NCBI RefSeq assembly: GCF_009914755.1
Contig: NC_060933.1
DNA length: 64,000 nt
DNA from: the human T2T-CHM13v2.0 reference genome, Homo sapiens
Direction: 5' to 3' (one strand)
Of this stretch, positions 28,445 to 42,966 are shown piece after piece. Every line of letters begins with the position of its first letter. Within the stretch, counting starts at the first letter, position 1. A program made the position numbers and the translations under genes. The notes beneath the pieces were generated by a model. That model saw nothing but the letters and a program-made list of their open reading frames with translations, did no database searches and was not told where the DNA came from.

Positions 28445-28805
28445 CATTTTTTAAGTGTACAGTTCAGTGACATTAAGTATATTCACATTGCTGTATAAGC
28501 AATCTCTAGAATGCTCTTCATCCTGCAAAGCTCTGTACCTATTAAACAACTCCCCACTTACCTCTTCCCCCAGCCCCTGGTAACTACTATTCTACTTTCC
28601 GTCTCTATGAATTTGGCAGCTCTTAAGAACTTCATGTAAGTGGAATCATACAATATGTGTCTCTGTGAGTCTGGCATATTTCACTTAGCATAATGTTTTT
28701 TATGCTAACTGTTTTTTATGCTAAGGTTCATCCATGTGATAGCACATATCACATTCTCATTTCTTTTTAAGGCTCAATAATATTATATGCATATACCATA
28801 TTTTG
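28445..28805 (-). mobile_element. Old L1 (L1MB-like) 3' end, antisense
   Basis: ttaagtgtacagttcagtgacattaagtatattcacattg; aagtggaatcatacaatat. Confidence 0.8.
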
Positions 28806-31800
28806 TTTATTGAGCTGTCAGTGGATCTACTAAGACCTACTAAGACATTGAAGGGCTTACAAAGCCTTGCTCTTGCCAGCCTCTCCACCCTTCTCTTTTG
28901 GGATAGTCTTTGCCTTCTTCTTTCTATACTATCACCTTTTTTTCATCCTATAAGAGCTATATTCTTATATATGCTATTCCCTGTGGTGAGAATGATCTTC
29001 CACTATCCCCCCAACTCTTAGGCAACTTAAATATCACTTAGCCTCAGTATCTCCACATTTAGTTCCTGGGGTCCCACAAAGAAAGGTTGGTCAGACTCCT
29101 TTCCCCACTTAATTATTTTTGTAGAACCTCTATATGTCTTTATGGTGCATATTACCACTGTAATTTATTCATTAATTTGCATGTGTTTGTGTAATGACTG
29201 CCTTCCTTGCCAAATGGTAAACTCCTGTGTATTTAATGCTATCTCCCTTTTTTCTGTCATAATGTCTATAATGTAGGTGCCTAGTAAGTAGTTGTTGAAT
29301 GAAGCTATAGATTGAATGAATGAATCCTGAAAAGAGAAAATTTCAGGGCTACATGCTGAGAGCGTTTGGATTTTAAAATGTCTGTGAGATGTTAAATTAC
29401 CAGTGAGATCTCAAAAAGTCATCTTGCCATAGCATAGATCTTTGCTCTGTCATTCCTCTGTTGATTAAAAACTTTCATTATTTGAAGATGCTTCAGGGCT
29501 TCCAAAAATGTAACCAACAACAGCAGCAGAGACAGTTTACATTTCCTGAGTGTTTATTCTCTATCAGGCCTTGTACTGGATGCTTCCCATGTATTACCTC
29601 ATCTAAATCTCACAATAACTCTGAAAGGGAGGTTCTGTTTCATTTGTTTGTTTTTAATTTCTGTTTCCAAATGAGAAGAGCAAGGCTCAGACGGTTTAAA
29701 TAACTTGCATAGGGTCACTCAGCTTGTAAGTGGCAGGCCCAGAAGTGGGGTCGGATCTGAGTTTTGTAGCCTGGGATAGAGCCCACCGCTCCTCCTCATC
29801 AACTGAAGTAGTCTCTTTTTATCTGTTTTGCAAATGGGGCCTCTGCCTCAGTTTTCTTTGGAGCCAGGGGTTTGTGGCTAAAGAAGAATTTGAAAACTCC
29901 AGGCCTGTAGAGTATATTTGACTGGGATGTACCCTTTTCAGCTTCATGCTGTCCCTCCACTACATCTCCCACTGTGCTTCCCAAAATGCACTTTGCATTC
30001 TTCTGCAGCTAACAAGTTACTGTGCATCCATAAGGCGGTTTCCAAATCTCAAGATAGAAGTGTTGTGTTTTCTGTATGCTCCTTCCGCAGTAGATACTAG
30101 CAACAGTCATCCTCTTTCTACGTAGTGGCTGACAAGTTTGTCTCCACCACTAGTCTGAGCCTCTGGAAAAGGTGGGCCAGGTCTGCCTCTTCTGGAGCTC
30201 CTTGGTCTGGCCCAAGAACTGGCACAGAGCGTAGGAGGCTCAGTCAGTGCTTGATGGGTGAATGCACATCAACTTAAAGTGGGTACTCAGAACTAACCAG
30301 CTGAGTTCAGAAGCCTGGAATACAAACTCTAGTGCATACTCACAGAAACCCAGGAATGCAAGGTGGAGATGATCAGATGTATTAATCACATTTGGAAAAG
30401 AATGAAAATATTTCCATAATAAAATATGTTTATTTTCTAAAACAGATATGCCCTCATTGTTTCATGAGGAAGTAATTAAACATGTTTGATTAAAACATTC
30501 ATAAACACTATCATTTATTCAAGGCTACTATATATGCTGCTCTCTTTATTGGTACTTTATCTGTTGTGTCTGCTTCTCCTAATCCTCCTGTAAGGTGTCT
30601 TTTTAAATCTTCATTTTAGAGATAAGGAAACTGAGGCTCACAGAGATTAAGTAACTTGCCCAAGGATAGTCAGCTTCTGAGCAATAGATACAGGTATGAA
30701 CCTAGTCTGTCTGACTTCAAAACCAGTGCCTTGCCATCACCCTAACTGCTTCTGATCTTGTATTTTAGATACCTTTCAGCTCAGTACCCTGAACCAGCAC
30801 ACACATGCCCTTCTCCCCCTCAGCCCTCCCTGTGTCCAGCATGGTTTGTCTTCCTCCCTCCCTTTCTCCCTTCTCACTGCACTCCACTCTCCATTTCCTT
30901 GTAGTATCTTTTTGATTATTGCCTCTTTGCATCCTGAAATGGAAATATTTTTGACAATGTCAGTGATTGGACACGATTACATGTGGAAACTGGTGTTAAT
31001 AGTGTGGTAATGTCACATTTGCATTAATAAATACAAAGTAATACATTTTATTAAGGCCAAATTACCTATATTATGATTTTGTTTTCTTTCTGTAGCCTTT
31101 AATTCTTAAGATTTTTTTGAGTCTCATTTTATATTTTTTAATGTATGTTTTTTCCTCCATTTAAAATATAACATTGTAGTGAAAAGAAAAGTTGATCAGA
31201 TAATTTTTTTTCTTTGATTAAGCATTTTCTAAACAGTGAGATACCTATTTGAAATTATGTGAAATGCAATATTGAAATACTTCAGTATGTTCTTTTTGGA
31301 GAAGTTTATGAGGTTTCTTAAAGACTTAGATTCATTTATTTTCTGCCCCTCTTAGTATTTCAGCAGGATTAAGTTCTTGAATCAGTGGATCAAGTTTTAA
31401 TTTTCCTGTTCCTTCCTTATACTGACATATGCTTTGGCAGAACAAAAAAGAGACCTAAACATGTCAGCATGATTTTTGTTCAATGAATTAAAAACCATAA
31501 AAGTAACAAGATCTGATCCAAATCCCTAAACTCCTGACATGGTGGTTTTGTGCTTTTTAGTCCCAAGCTTCATATTACTGACTTTGAAGAGCTTTCTGCC
31601 TGGAAGCAGAAGTAATGGCAGCAGTGCATAATTTACTTGAAATAGATTACAAGAGTAAAAAGAATACAGGCCAGAAAGATCGGGGTTTGAATCCCAGTTC
31701 TCTCACTCATGCTCATGGGCAAGTCACTTAACATCTGTGAGCCTGTTTCCTCATTTGAAGAGTTGTGAGGATTCAATGAAGTAACACACTTAAAGTACTC

Positions 31801-32743
31801 ATGTGGCATAGAACGGTTTAATAATAGTAGTAATTAGACTCATTGTTGTTTTGAGAATACCTTCAAATAGCTGAATCCAAAAGGATTTACGTAAATACAA
31901 CTGTTCACTTCAGAGCTTATTCTTTCTCAAAATTCTTTAATTTTTTTTCTCAGCAGAGAAAATGTAAGGTAGATGTTACTAAATCTTTAACAGCTGCTCA
32001 TCACTATTCCACACTGAACATGTACCCAGAACTTAGGATTGTCCTTCCTTGAGCAAGAACCGTGTTGATTTGAGAGTAAGGAAGCATAAGCATGTCCATT
32101 TCAGGACCCAGGGGGCAGAGGAATGCTGTCATACTAAGACCATTGGCTTTTGTGACAGGCCAGCTTGGGTTTGACTGGGTCTGACTTTGTATAAGGTACC
32201 AAATTTCTTTGGGCCTCATTTTCTTCATCTGTAAAACGTGGTTCGTGACCTTGCAAGACTGTCTGTGATATGGCTTCCCAGCCTCTTTTCTTGTCACTCC
32301 TTTCTTTGTTATCAGTGCTCCAGCCAATTCCTTAAATGAAGCATGGGCTCTTGATGGTTTTGTCCTTTTCAGTCCCAAGCTTCATATTACTGACTGTGAA
32401 GAGCTTTCTGCCTGGAAGCAGAAGTAATGGCAGCAGTGCATGATTTACTTGAAATAGATTAGAAGAGTAGCAGAAAGAATACAGGCCAGAAATATTGGGA
32501 TTTGAATCCCAGTTCTCTCACTGGGAAGTTTGGTACCTTCTACAAAGTCAAACCCAGTTTGCCCATGTTTGGGCAACTTAAAGCCTTTATACATGCGTTT
32601 TCCTCCTCCTGGAAATTCCAGGAGTTCAGCCCACAGAGAGGAAAGTTACAAACTGCTGAACTGGTTGACAGAGTGATGTTAAATTCTTGGCCAGCAGTTA
32701 ATGTATAGAATGATTTTGTTGAATGTCTTTTGTCTTTTATCAG

Positions 32744-32903
32744 AGTAACCAGAGAGCACAGAGAAATGCTGGTGAAACTGGCCAAACAGAACACCAACAA
32801 GGCCAAAGACTCTTTACGGAAGGTTCGCACCAACTCAATGAACAAGCTGAAGAAATCCAAGGATACAGTCTCAGAGGACACCATTAGGCTAATAGAGAAA
32901 CAG
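32744..32903 (+). CDS. MRRF: MRRF coding exon, 160 nt; (Q)VTREHREMLVKLAKQNTNKAKDSLRKVRTNSMNKLKKSKDTVSEDTIRLIEKQ
   Basis: Acceptor tcttttatcAG 32742-32743, donor CAG|GTACTA; RRF helical-domain motifs (T.E.R..L.K, R..R, SED); overlaps ORF 32730..32924. Confidence 0.97.
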
Positions 32904-33607
32904 GTACTATTGCCAGCAATGTAGTAGTGTCTGTGTATTCAGCATAAGGAATCATTTGTTCATGTTTGAGGTGAGGACAGTTAAAACAGAATACCTCTGA
33001 TCTTTCATTCACATTATCAACATTGTCTGAGTCTCTGTTCTGGGCCTAGCCTAATGCCAGATTCAGAGGGATCCATAGAGGAGGATAAGACACTTGTATT
33101 GTGTACCAGGTTTTGTGCTGAACACTTTATATTACTTCATTTACCCTCATCACTACAAAACTATGAGGTAGGTAGTAAGGAAACTGAGATTCAGGCAAGT
33201 TAAATAACTTGCCCGAAATCACACTGCTGGAAATTGGTAGAAATCGGATCCATACTTAGGCAGACGGATTTCAGAGCCTCTACGCTAATGCTCTCCTGTC
33301 TGGTTTTCCGGTTGCTGAGAATTGAGCACTTAGTGTTCTCAGTGTGCTGAGTAGTGGCACTTGAATAAGTCTTAAGCTGCTGGAGTAAAATAGTGAGAGA
33401 CAAGGGGGAAAAGTGTAACCATATGTACAAAGGTAAGGTGTTATAAAAACAATATTCAGTTAAGATCATTGGGGTTTGAACGTAGGATAAGACTAGGGAA
33501 TGAATAAAGAAAACAGAGTGGCTAGATAATAGAAGGAAGGTCTCGTACACCAGGTTTAGGAGTTTGAACGTTAACATGTACAGACTGTCCCACATTGGCT
33601 GTGCATC

Positions 33608-34022
33608 TATATTAGTCATGTATGGCCACAATAATGGTACATAACTACCCCAAAACTCAGTGATCGACAATATCAAAGCATTATTTCTTGTTCTCATTTC
33701 CATGGGCCAGCTGGGGTGTAGCTATTCTAGGCTGGGCTCAGTGGGCTTGGCTCCAGATCTTGGATTGGGTTCAAATCTGCTTTATATCTCTCAATCTTCC
33801 AAAGCCAACAGGTTTCCTAGGGCCTCTTTTCATGGTAACAGCAGATGCCAAGATCATAAGCCCAACCACTCAAGTACATTTTAAACACCTGCTCTTGTCA
33901 CATTTGATTGGCCAAAGCAAGTCACATGGGCCAAGCTCAATATGTTTGGTACAAGGAAATATATATATTTATGGAGGTCTGGGGAAAGAAGTGAATATTT
34001 GCTGAACAGCATCTCTCTACCA
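33608..34022. mobile_element. MaLR (MLT1-type) solo LTR
   Basis: cataactaccccaaaactcagtg and attggccaaagcaagtcacatgggccaagc signatures. Confidence 0.7.
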
Positions 34023-34684
34023 AAGTACCTTAATCACTTGGGTAGCTTATAAAAATCCAGGTATCTGGGGCCCCATTTCCAGAGATTGAGTCAATGAATC
34101 TGGGACAGAGCCAGGAATCTGTATTTTAAATCCTTCTCAGGTGATTCTCATACAGTGACACACTTAAAAGATTTTTTTTAGATGATGGAGAGAGCACATC
34201 TATGTTTATGAAAGATGACTATGGTGGCCAGGTAGAAAACAGATTGTAGGGGGCAAGACTGGAGGCAGGGCGATAGGGATGCTGCTGCAGAAATCCAGCC
34301 AGGAAGTGATGGTGGCCTGAACCTGAGTGGCACCTGTGGAAAGATGTGGAGATAGAATTAGTAATGTTCAATGTAATATAAAGGGTTTGATAGGCCTTAA
34401 AGCCTCCTCATCCACAATAAAGCATTGTTTTAGGGAGATTGAACAGGCATGTGGGCTGGATAGGGAGTGAAGAGAGAAGCGAGAAGCAAGGGACCCCTGG
34501 AGAAGTCCATAAGTTGACTAGCTGCTCCCCTTCTCCTCCACCAGCAGTTAAAATGCTAGTTTTACTAGCATTTTACTAGTAGGACAGCCACAACAGTCAC
34601 CTGGGGGGGGAATTTTAGGTGGCTTCCTGGGCCCTACTCCTGCATTTTCTGATACAGTAGCTCTGCCTAGGAATGTATATTTTT

Positions 34685-34803
34685 ATTTTACTTACTTTTA
34701 TTAATTCATTTTTCTTGAGATGGGGTCTCACTATGTTGCCCAGGCTGGTCTTGGGCTCCTGGGCTCAAGCAGTCCTCCTGTAGCTGGGATAACAGATGCG
34801 TCC
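34685..34803 (-). mobile_element. Alu monomer (FLAM-like), antisense
   Basis: gagatggggtctcactatgttgcccaggctgg; flanking ggaatgtata duplication. Confidence 0.75.
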
Positions 34804-35682
34804 AGCTGGAATGTATAGTTTTAAAAAGCTCTCAGGTAATTGTGTAAAAGCACACATAGAAGATAATGACCTAGAAGCCTGGTAATGTACCTGTGTAATG
34901 ACACTAGAGTTAGAAAAAGATTGTTCTGCACTTGATGTCCTATGACCTTGGGGAAGTTGCTTGACTCTTTGGAGTCTGTTTTCTGTAAAAAGGGATTGGT
35001 AATTTCTGCCTTGAATGGTTTCCTTGGTATGCTAGAAAGCACCATTAGTGTACCTAACACCCAAACCCTCAAAACTCCCCTCTTGCCATCTCTCTGCCCT
35101 CCTCCTTCCCTGTATCAGCTAAAAGAAGAGGTTCAGAGATTAGGCGGGCCTTTCCTGTGCACTGACCAGGCCTCATTAATAGTCTGGGCCCTGGCTCCAG
35201 CTGGGCCGGCTCCTTGTCTTTCTCCTAGGGGATTTCTTCACTGCTTTCCCTTGTCATTGCTTCTTGGTGGTAAGCCTATGGACCTTCAGGGCCTGCCAGG
35301 CACTAGTCACTCAGCAAGCCAGGACATCTGCCTCAGGGACCAGAGCCCACAACTCCTGAAAGAGGAAGAATGATCAGATAGCAAGCATTCTTGATAAAAC
35401 CCTCTTGACAAAGACCTTGCTGGAAGCCTTCACTCATTAGCACTGGCTTTTCGCCATCCTCTTCAGATTAAATTTTTTTTCTTTAGTGCTTCTTACTGTG
35501 ATTTTTTTAAGTGAAAATAGCTGTATTCGTTTTGCTGTTAAAACAAGGAAGAAAGTAATTGAAATCTCATCACTCAGATGACTGTTGTTAACATTTTAGT
35601 GTAGAACTTCAAGTTATCTCTCGAAACAAGAAAAAGTATCATACAATTTATATGATACGATATATCACAGATATCTTTCTAA

Positions 35683-35998
<316 letters not shown>

Positions 35999-36580
35999 TA
36001 ACCAGGATTGTTAATAACTTAATTTACTGTCATAGAGTTAAAAGTTTGGAACAGTAGAGAGCCTTATATATACTTCATGGTGTTCTTTCTACTGTCAGAA
36101 GGCCCCAGACTGGAATTTTTGGTGTGTGTGTGTGTGTACGTGTGCGTGCATGTTTTAAAGATATAAAACAAGGTTATGGCTGATTGTCGCTTCATCAGAC
36201 AGTTTTAAAATTTTGTTTACTTTTGTTCCTTATTATCAAAGTAATATATGTTCATTGGAGAAAGTTCATCCTCCCCTCCCACATTGGAGAGGCAACCGCT
36301 CTTAACATTTTGGAATATTTCTTTTTTCCTTTTTTCTAAAAAAAAAAAAAACTACATAGTTTTAAACATGATTGAGAACATATAGTATATATACAATTTT
36401 GTATTCAGCTTTTTATTTTCTGTTTGACCTCAAAGGTATTAGCATTTTTCATGTCTTGAAAAACTCTTTGTAAAACTCTTTCTGATGGCTGCTAAATAGT
36501 TGGTGGTGTGCTGTTCACTTTCATAAGCCCTCTTTTTGGACATTTTAGTTTGTTGAAACTTCTTTGTTATAAGGTTGCAG

Positions 36581-36584
<4 letters not shown>

Positions 36585-36614
<30 letters not shown>
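36585..36614. repeat. (TA)n microsatellite
   Basis: About 15 AT units. Confidence 0.95.
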
Positions 36615-36617
<3 letters not shown>

Positions 36618-37381
36618 CTTTGTTGAGATGATTTCCTTAGAATAGACTGGAACGTCCCAAGTGTGGAATTACTGTACAGAGGGATTGCATATTTTTTGTA
36701 AGATTCTTGGTACATACTACTGTGTTTTTAGAATATATATGTATTTAATTTGCCTTTTATAACCCCTAACACTTGAACCTAGAATTTTTTATCTGAGCTG
36801 AAAATGTTGCTTATCTGGGAACTGTTGCTTTTACTTTCACACTCTACAGAAAAGATTGTTATTCTTTGTATAAATCCATACGACCTTTCTAAAGGATAAT
36901 ATATACTAAAATCCATACATTTCTGATTTAGTGACTTAGGAATTTGCCCAAAATAAATAATCAAGAGCCTTATTTATAGGAATGTTCATTGATATATATA
37001 ATAGTAGAAAACTGGAAACTGTCTATAAATTTCTGACTGTGGGAAGTAAATTGTTTTACATTCATTAGAATCTACATAGAAAGTTATAAAAATATTTTAT
37101 AGACATGGTAAATTTTTTTGGAATTTGCTTTTAAAAGGTAGATTATACAGCAGTTTGATTTTAGTTTTATAAAGAAAAGTCACATGCACATGGGGTTGGC
37201 AGCTTATACATGTCAAAATATTAAAGGTGGTCATTTCAGATGATGGGATTATAAACAATTTGGATTTTATTTTGAGTGAGATTATCTTTTTTAATTTTCA
37301 AAAATCTTTTGAGGTCAGATTTTTTAAAGCTTTATTATAAAAATGCTTCTTCAATTTTTGGTGTATAAGAATGAAATGATA

Positions 37382-37672
37382 GGCTGGGCGCAGTGGCTCA
37401 CGCTTATAATCCCAGCACTTTGGGAGGTCCAGGCAGGTAGTTCACAAAGTCAGGAGATCGAGACCGTCCTGGCTAACACGGTGAAACCCTGTCTTTACTA
37501 AAAACATAAAAAATTAGCCGGGCATGGTGGTGGGCATCTGTAGTCCCAGCTACTCGGGAGGCTGAGGCAGGAGAATCGCTTGAACCCGGGAGGCAGAGCT
37601 GCAGTGAGCCGAAATCGCGCCACTACATTCCAGCCTGGGTGACAGAGCGAGACTCCATCTCAAAAAAAATAA
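37382..37672 (+). mobile_element. AluS/Y, sense
   Basis: Alu body; TSD ataagaatgaaatgat. Confidence 0.94.
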
Positions 37673-38657
37673 ATAAGAATGAAATGATTCATTTGTAGGT
37701 TCTATCCCTATAGTCATGTTTGACCCCCAGATTTCCTCACCTGTTCCCCCCACCCCACTACTTCCCAACCCGCATTCCAGGCAAGCTCTGCTGAAGAAGG
37801 ACCGAGGTCTTCCCGCTCAGGACTCTGACATCTGCCAGCCTGCTGTTTCACCTTTGCTTTGGTTTGCTATAAATGAGCCTGCTGAACATTAAAGCACTTG
37901 GCAGAAGCCACCAGTAAATCTGGCCAAGATCCTTTCACTGCTGCCTTTCCCTGAGAAACAGTGCTGCTCTGAAATGAGCAAAGCTGGGTGCTAGCAGAGC
38001 TAAAGGAGGGAAAGGCTCCTGGCAGACTGGTGGAAGGCAGGGAGGCTGGTCCAGGCAAGGCAGCGGGTGTTTTGAGCTAGGCCTCAGGAAGGATGGCTGG
38101 TAGGCGGGCCTGCCCCAGGAGTGTACTCTGTGCTCCTGCCATTCCCCTTCTCTGTCCCTGCCTTTCATTTTCCTGAATTTGTAAGTAGCAAATGTGATGA
38201 TGATAATGATGGTGACGATGTTATCATCTCTATGAGGCAGGGTATTATGTTGGCAAGGGTTCTTGCTTTGGAGTGAGACAGGCCTAGATTAAAATCCTGG
38301 CTCTTTTACTTCTTAGCTGTTAATGTCAGCAAATGGTGTCATCTTTCTGAGCCTCTGTTTCTTCATCCATAAAGTGGGAGCACAGGATTGATACGAGGAC
38401 CAAATGAGGCTACATACTTAAAAGTGGCTAGTATGGTTGCTGGTCCTCAGTAATTGTTCGCCCTGTTTCTTTATCCTCTTCTCCCCAGTCTTGTGACTTT
38501 AAATGTAGAACTTGGATTGACACTTAATGTCCCTAACACAGCCTGTCTGGAATGAGGCGGGACTAGGCCAGGTGCTGTGGGACCCCTCCAAAAGGGAATA
38601 AGAGCCTCAAACTGGCCATTAAGGTGGGTGAGTTCTTGGCTCAGCCACACCACTGAA

Positions 38658-38953
38658 CTTCTTTCTTTCTTTCTTTTTTTTTTTTTTTTTTTTTTGAGAC
38701 AGAGCCTGGCTCTGTCCCCCAGGCTGGAGTGCAGTGGCGCAATCTTGGCTCAGTGCAAGCTCTGCCTCCTGGGTTCACGCTGTTCTCCTGCCCCAGCCTC
38801 CCCAGTAGCTGGGACTACAGGCTCCCGCCACCACGCCCGGCTAATTTTTTGTATTTTTAGTAGAGACGGGGTTTCTCCGTGTTAGCCAGGATGGTCTCGA
38901 TCTCCTGACCTTGTGATCCGCCTGCCTTGGCCTCCCAAAGTGCTGGGATTACA
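38658..38953 (-). mobile_element. AluY-like, antisense, slightly 5'-truncated
   Basis: gttagccaggatggtctcgatctcctgacc diagnostic; flanking accactga duplication. Confidence 0.9.
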
Positions 38954-39401
38954 ACCACTGACTTTTTATGTGATCTTGGACAGATCAGTTAACATTCTGT
39001 GCCTTGATTTACTCCTCTGTAAAATGGGGATAATACCTATTCTACCTGCTTCATAGAGGCTATGTGAGGTTGTTGGATTTGAATGAAGTAACAGAAGATA
39101 AAACACTTTTGCATTCCTACTATGCAACTGTCAAGTTAAATAATGTTTATTATATGGTAAAGAGAGATAATAGTCTTTCATATGTTATAGGGATTGTGTG
39201 CAATAATGCATGTGAAGTTTTAGGCAAGTGTCTGACATTTGGTAAGAACTCGGTAAGTGGAAGCTGTTGTTGGCCTTGTTGCTATTAATCATTATTTTAA
39301 GACGTCTGATAAAGGTGGAAAAGATGAACTTACAGGCAGGCTGTCCCCAAGAACACCTTATGCTTGTACTATGGTAAAATGTTAGTAAATATTTTCATTA
39401 A

Positions 39402-39734
<333 letters not shown>

Positions 39735-41589
39735 TGATAGTAAAAGTTATAGTAACAAGAAATAGCAAATAACCAGTTTAAAATGTGCATGCATATTAAT
39801 TTGATAGATGAGGAAACTGAAAGTCAAAGTGGGGAAATGACCTACACATTTTTAACCCACTAATTTCACCCAGAACCCATGTTATCAAATTGTTACCCTA
39901 AGTATTACCCTAAGTACTCTCCCTCCTCCCAGTCCCCATCCCTGTCCCCAAACTACCCTCAAAGCCATTTTTCCAGAGGAGGCTTTTAGCCATCATTCCT
40001 GGCTGTCCCAGGCTGCCAGCCTGCAGGTGTTGGAGTACTGCTGGGCACCATGCCACACCCCATGCAAGGCAGCCACAGGGGGCAAAAGCATCTCAAGGCT
40101 TTGTGGCTAGCTGAGTGAGGAGGGACCAAGCTGTCATTCTGAGTCCAGCCACTCTTGCAGTGTGTCTGGCAGCCCCCAGGTGTTTTGCTTTTCTAGCTGA
40201 AAAAATGCACAGCTGTTGCTATGGTGAGAGCCTGGCCACCTCCCTGCCTGGGACCAATTGCACTAAATCCTTTTTAGTTTCTACCCTTTTTAGTGCATTT
40301 AGTTCTCAATTCCTAGCCAAGGCCTGTGGTCTGCAAATAAAGATGTCCAACAGCCGCTATGCTGCTGAGCATGCAGATCCTTGGCACCATGCTGCAGCCC
40401 TTAAAGCCTCCTGCCTAAGGCTTCCTGCTTTCAGTCTCTTTTCGACATAGGAAGGAGACTGTGGCAGCTACTAAACTGTATTGTGTTTTTTCATTCTTGG
40501 AGTACATGTTTATGGCAGAAAATTTGGAAAATATAGAAAAGCACAAAAAACTTTAATAATTATTCACTTAGTGTGTTTTTCCTGAGAACTTGATATGTGT
40601 TAGGTCCTAGGCTGGATGTGACAGAGATGGACATAAACAATACATTGCCTGTCTTCCCATCAGTAAAATATAACCACTATTAATATTTTGACAAGTTTCC
40701 TTCCAGTTTTTAAAAATACACAATTTTTTGTTTACATATTTTAGAGATCATTTCTACTATGTATATACACAATTTTGTGTCCTGCTTTTCTTCAATTCAA
40801 GGATAATGTGAGCGTGTTTCCATGATATGTACTGGAATGTTATTCATATTAACACCCTATCCTTAAGTAGTAGAAAATCTTAACCATTTCATTTTTAATG
40901 ACTATATGTATTCAACTACTTCCTCATTCTATAACTTTAGATTTTCTAATTTTTGTATTATTAAATATAAAGCTGGGATAAATATCTTCGTGTATAGAAC
41001 TTCAGAAAATTTTTTCAGATCCTGTTCATGTGATAATTTCCCAGTTGAGAGATTTTGGGGTTAAATGGTATGAACATTTGCATCAATTTGAATTTCTATC
41101 AGTGATATACGAGCTTATCCATTTCATCATAGCTTGCTGGCATTGAATATTGTAATTAAAAACCACAGCATCAAATTTTGCTATGATAGCTGAATTGTAT
41201 CTTATTTTAATTTGCATTTCTTTGATGTCTATTTTCCATGTTTGGTAACCAGATGTACCTCATTTTTTTTCAAGGCTTTTTTTTTTCACTTAACTATTGG
41301 GATCTTAATATTCTTCTTATCAATTTGTATGAGGGCTTTATATACAAAGTATTTCAGGTGTAGGAAATTCTAGAGGCTCATTAAGGAACAGATAAGACTA
41401 GCTTCTCTATATTGTAGAATAATAGTTAAGAATTTTGGGCTGTGGAATCTGAATGCTGTGGATTAAATTTTGTCATTCCAACTTTCTAGCTATGTGTCCT
41501 GAATAAGCGATCTAAATGCCTCAGTTTTCCTATCTGCAAAATGGGGATAATAATAGTATCTATCTTATGGGTTTGCTGTTAGGAGTTAA

Positions 41590-41921
<332 letters not shown>

Positions 41922-42066
41922 TTAGTACAGTGCCTGACTGGTACTTAATGTGAACTTTTGTCACTATTATTATTTCTCACATAACCTTTTCATGTTTCTG
42001 GAATATTCATCCCCCTACCCTTTTCCAGCCCCATTAATCAGGCTGTCTCATTTTGTGTTCTTGCAG

Positions 42067-42144
42067 ATCAGCCAAATGGCCGATGACACAGTGGCAGAAC
42101 TGGACAGGCATCTGGCAGTGAAGACCAAAGAACTCCTTGGATGA
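42067..42144 (+). CDS. MRRF: MRRF last coding exon; ISQMADDTVAELDRHLAVKTKELLG*
   Basis: Acceptor tgttcttgcAG 42065-42066; phase 0; typical RRF C-terminus (K.KEL); TGA 42142-42144. Confidence 0.97.
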   Translation: MSQMADDTVAELDRHLAVKTKELLG

Positions 42145-42567
42145 AAGTCCACTGGGGCCAGCAATACTCCAGAGCCCAGTTTCTGCTGGATCCCATGGGT
42201 GGCACATTGGGACTTCTCTCCCTCCCCCATCTACACAGAAGACTGTCACCATGCTGACAGAAGCCTGTCCTTGTAAGGCCCAGCCTTCCAGGGGAACACT
42301 CAGACATGTTCATTCTCTTCCTGCTTCTGCTCTGGGCCGGTGGGTGGCTCTCAGAAAATACTTGCTGCTGGCAAAAGGCCTGTACTCAGGCATTTGCTTT
42401 GACTTGATGTTGCCAAGGGACTGAGGCCATTGGCAGGCTTAGTACCACCTGCTCCTCATCTTAGGAGTCTCCTTTTCAAATAATTAGGCTCTGTTCCCAT
42501 TTTAAAACTCTGATATTGGCCTTCACCTGTGACTGGACACTTTACTAGAGGCCCATTTTCACTAAAC

Positions 42568-42584
42568 AATAAAATCTAAATAAA
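42568..42584 (+). terminator. Tandem polyadenylation signals AATAAA (42568-42573, 42579-42584)
   Basis: Two canonical hexamers about 430 nt after the stop codon. Confidence 0.5.
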
Positions 42585-42960
42585 TTGGAAGGAATAACAA
42601 CCACAAAGGAAAGAATAGAGTTGGTCTGGATTGATGATCACTGAGGATCTGTATGTGAGGCACCCATAACAGTAGTTTTGCCTGTGAGTCGTCTTCACAC
42701 ATGCTGTTTTCTCTGCCTGGCTCTCTCTTCCCCTCCTTACCTGGCCAGTCCTGTTTATCATCAGGCCTTGTCTTGGATATCACGTCCTCTGGGAAGTCTT
42801 CTTTTCCCCTCTAACCTAGGACCCTCATTACCGGCTCTCATAGCACAGTCTACTGCTTTGTACGAATTCTAAGTATTCTTGTTGCACTTAATTAGCCTGT
42901 ATATCCTCAGAACTTTGTGTAATGCCTGGAGCATAGTAGGCAGTCATATGTTGTATCGTG

Positions 42961-42966
42961 AATAAA
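42961..42966 (+). terminator. Polyadenylation signal AATAAA with downstream U-rich tract
   Basis: Hexamer preceded by TGTA motifs and followed about 30 nt later by cttcttttctttct. Confidence 0.65.

Noticed and set aside
33200-33703. 167-aa minus-strand ORF
   Set aside because: Spans MIR, L2 and MLT relics; no recognisable homology
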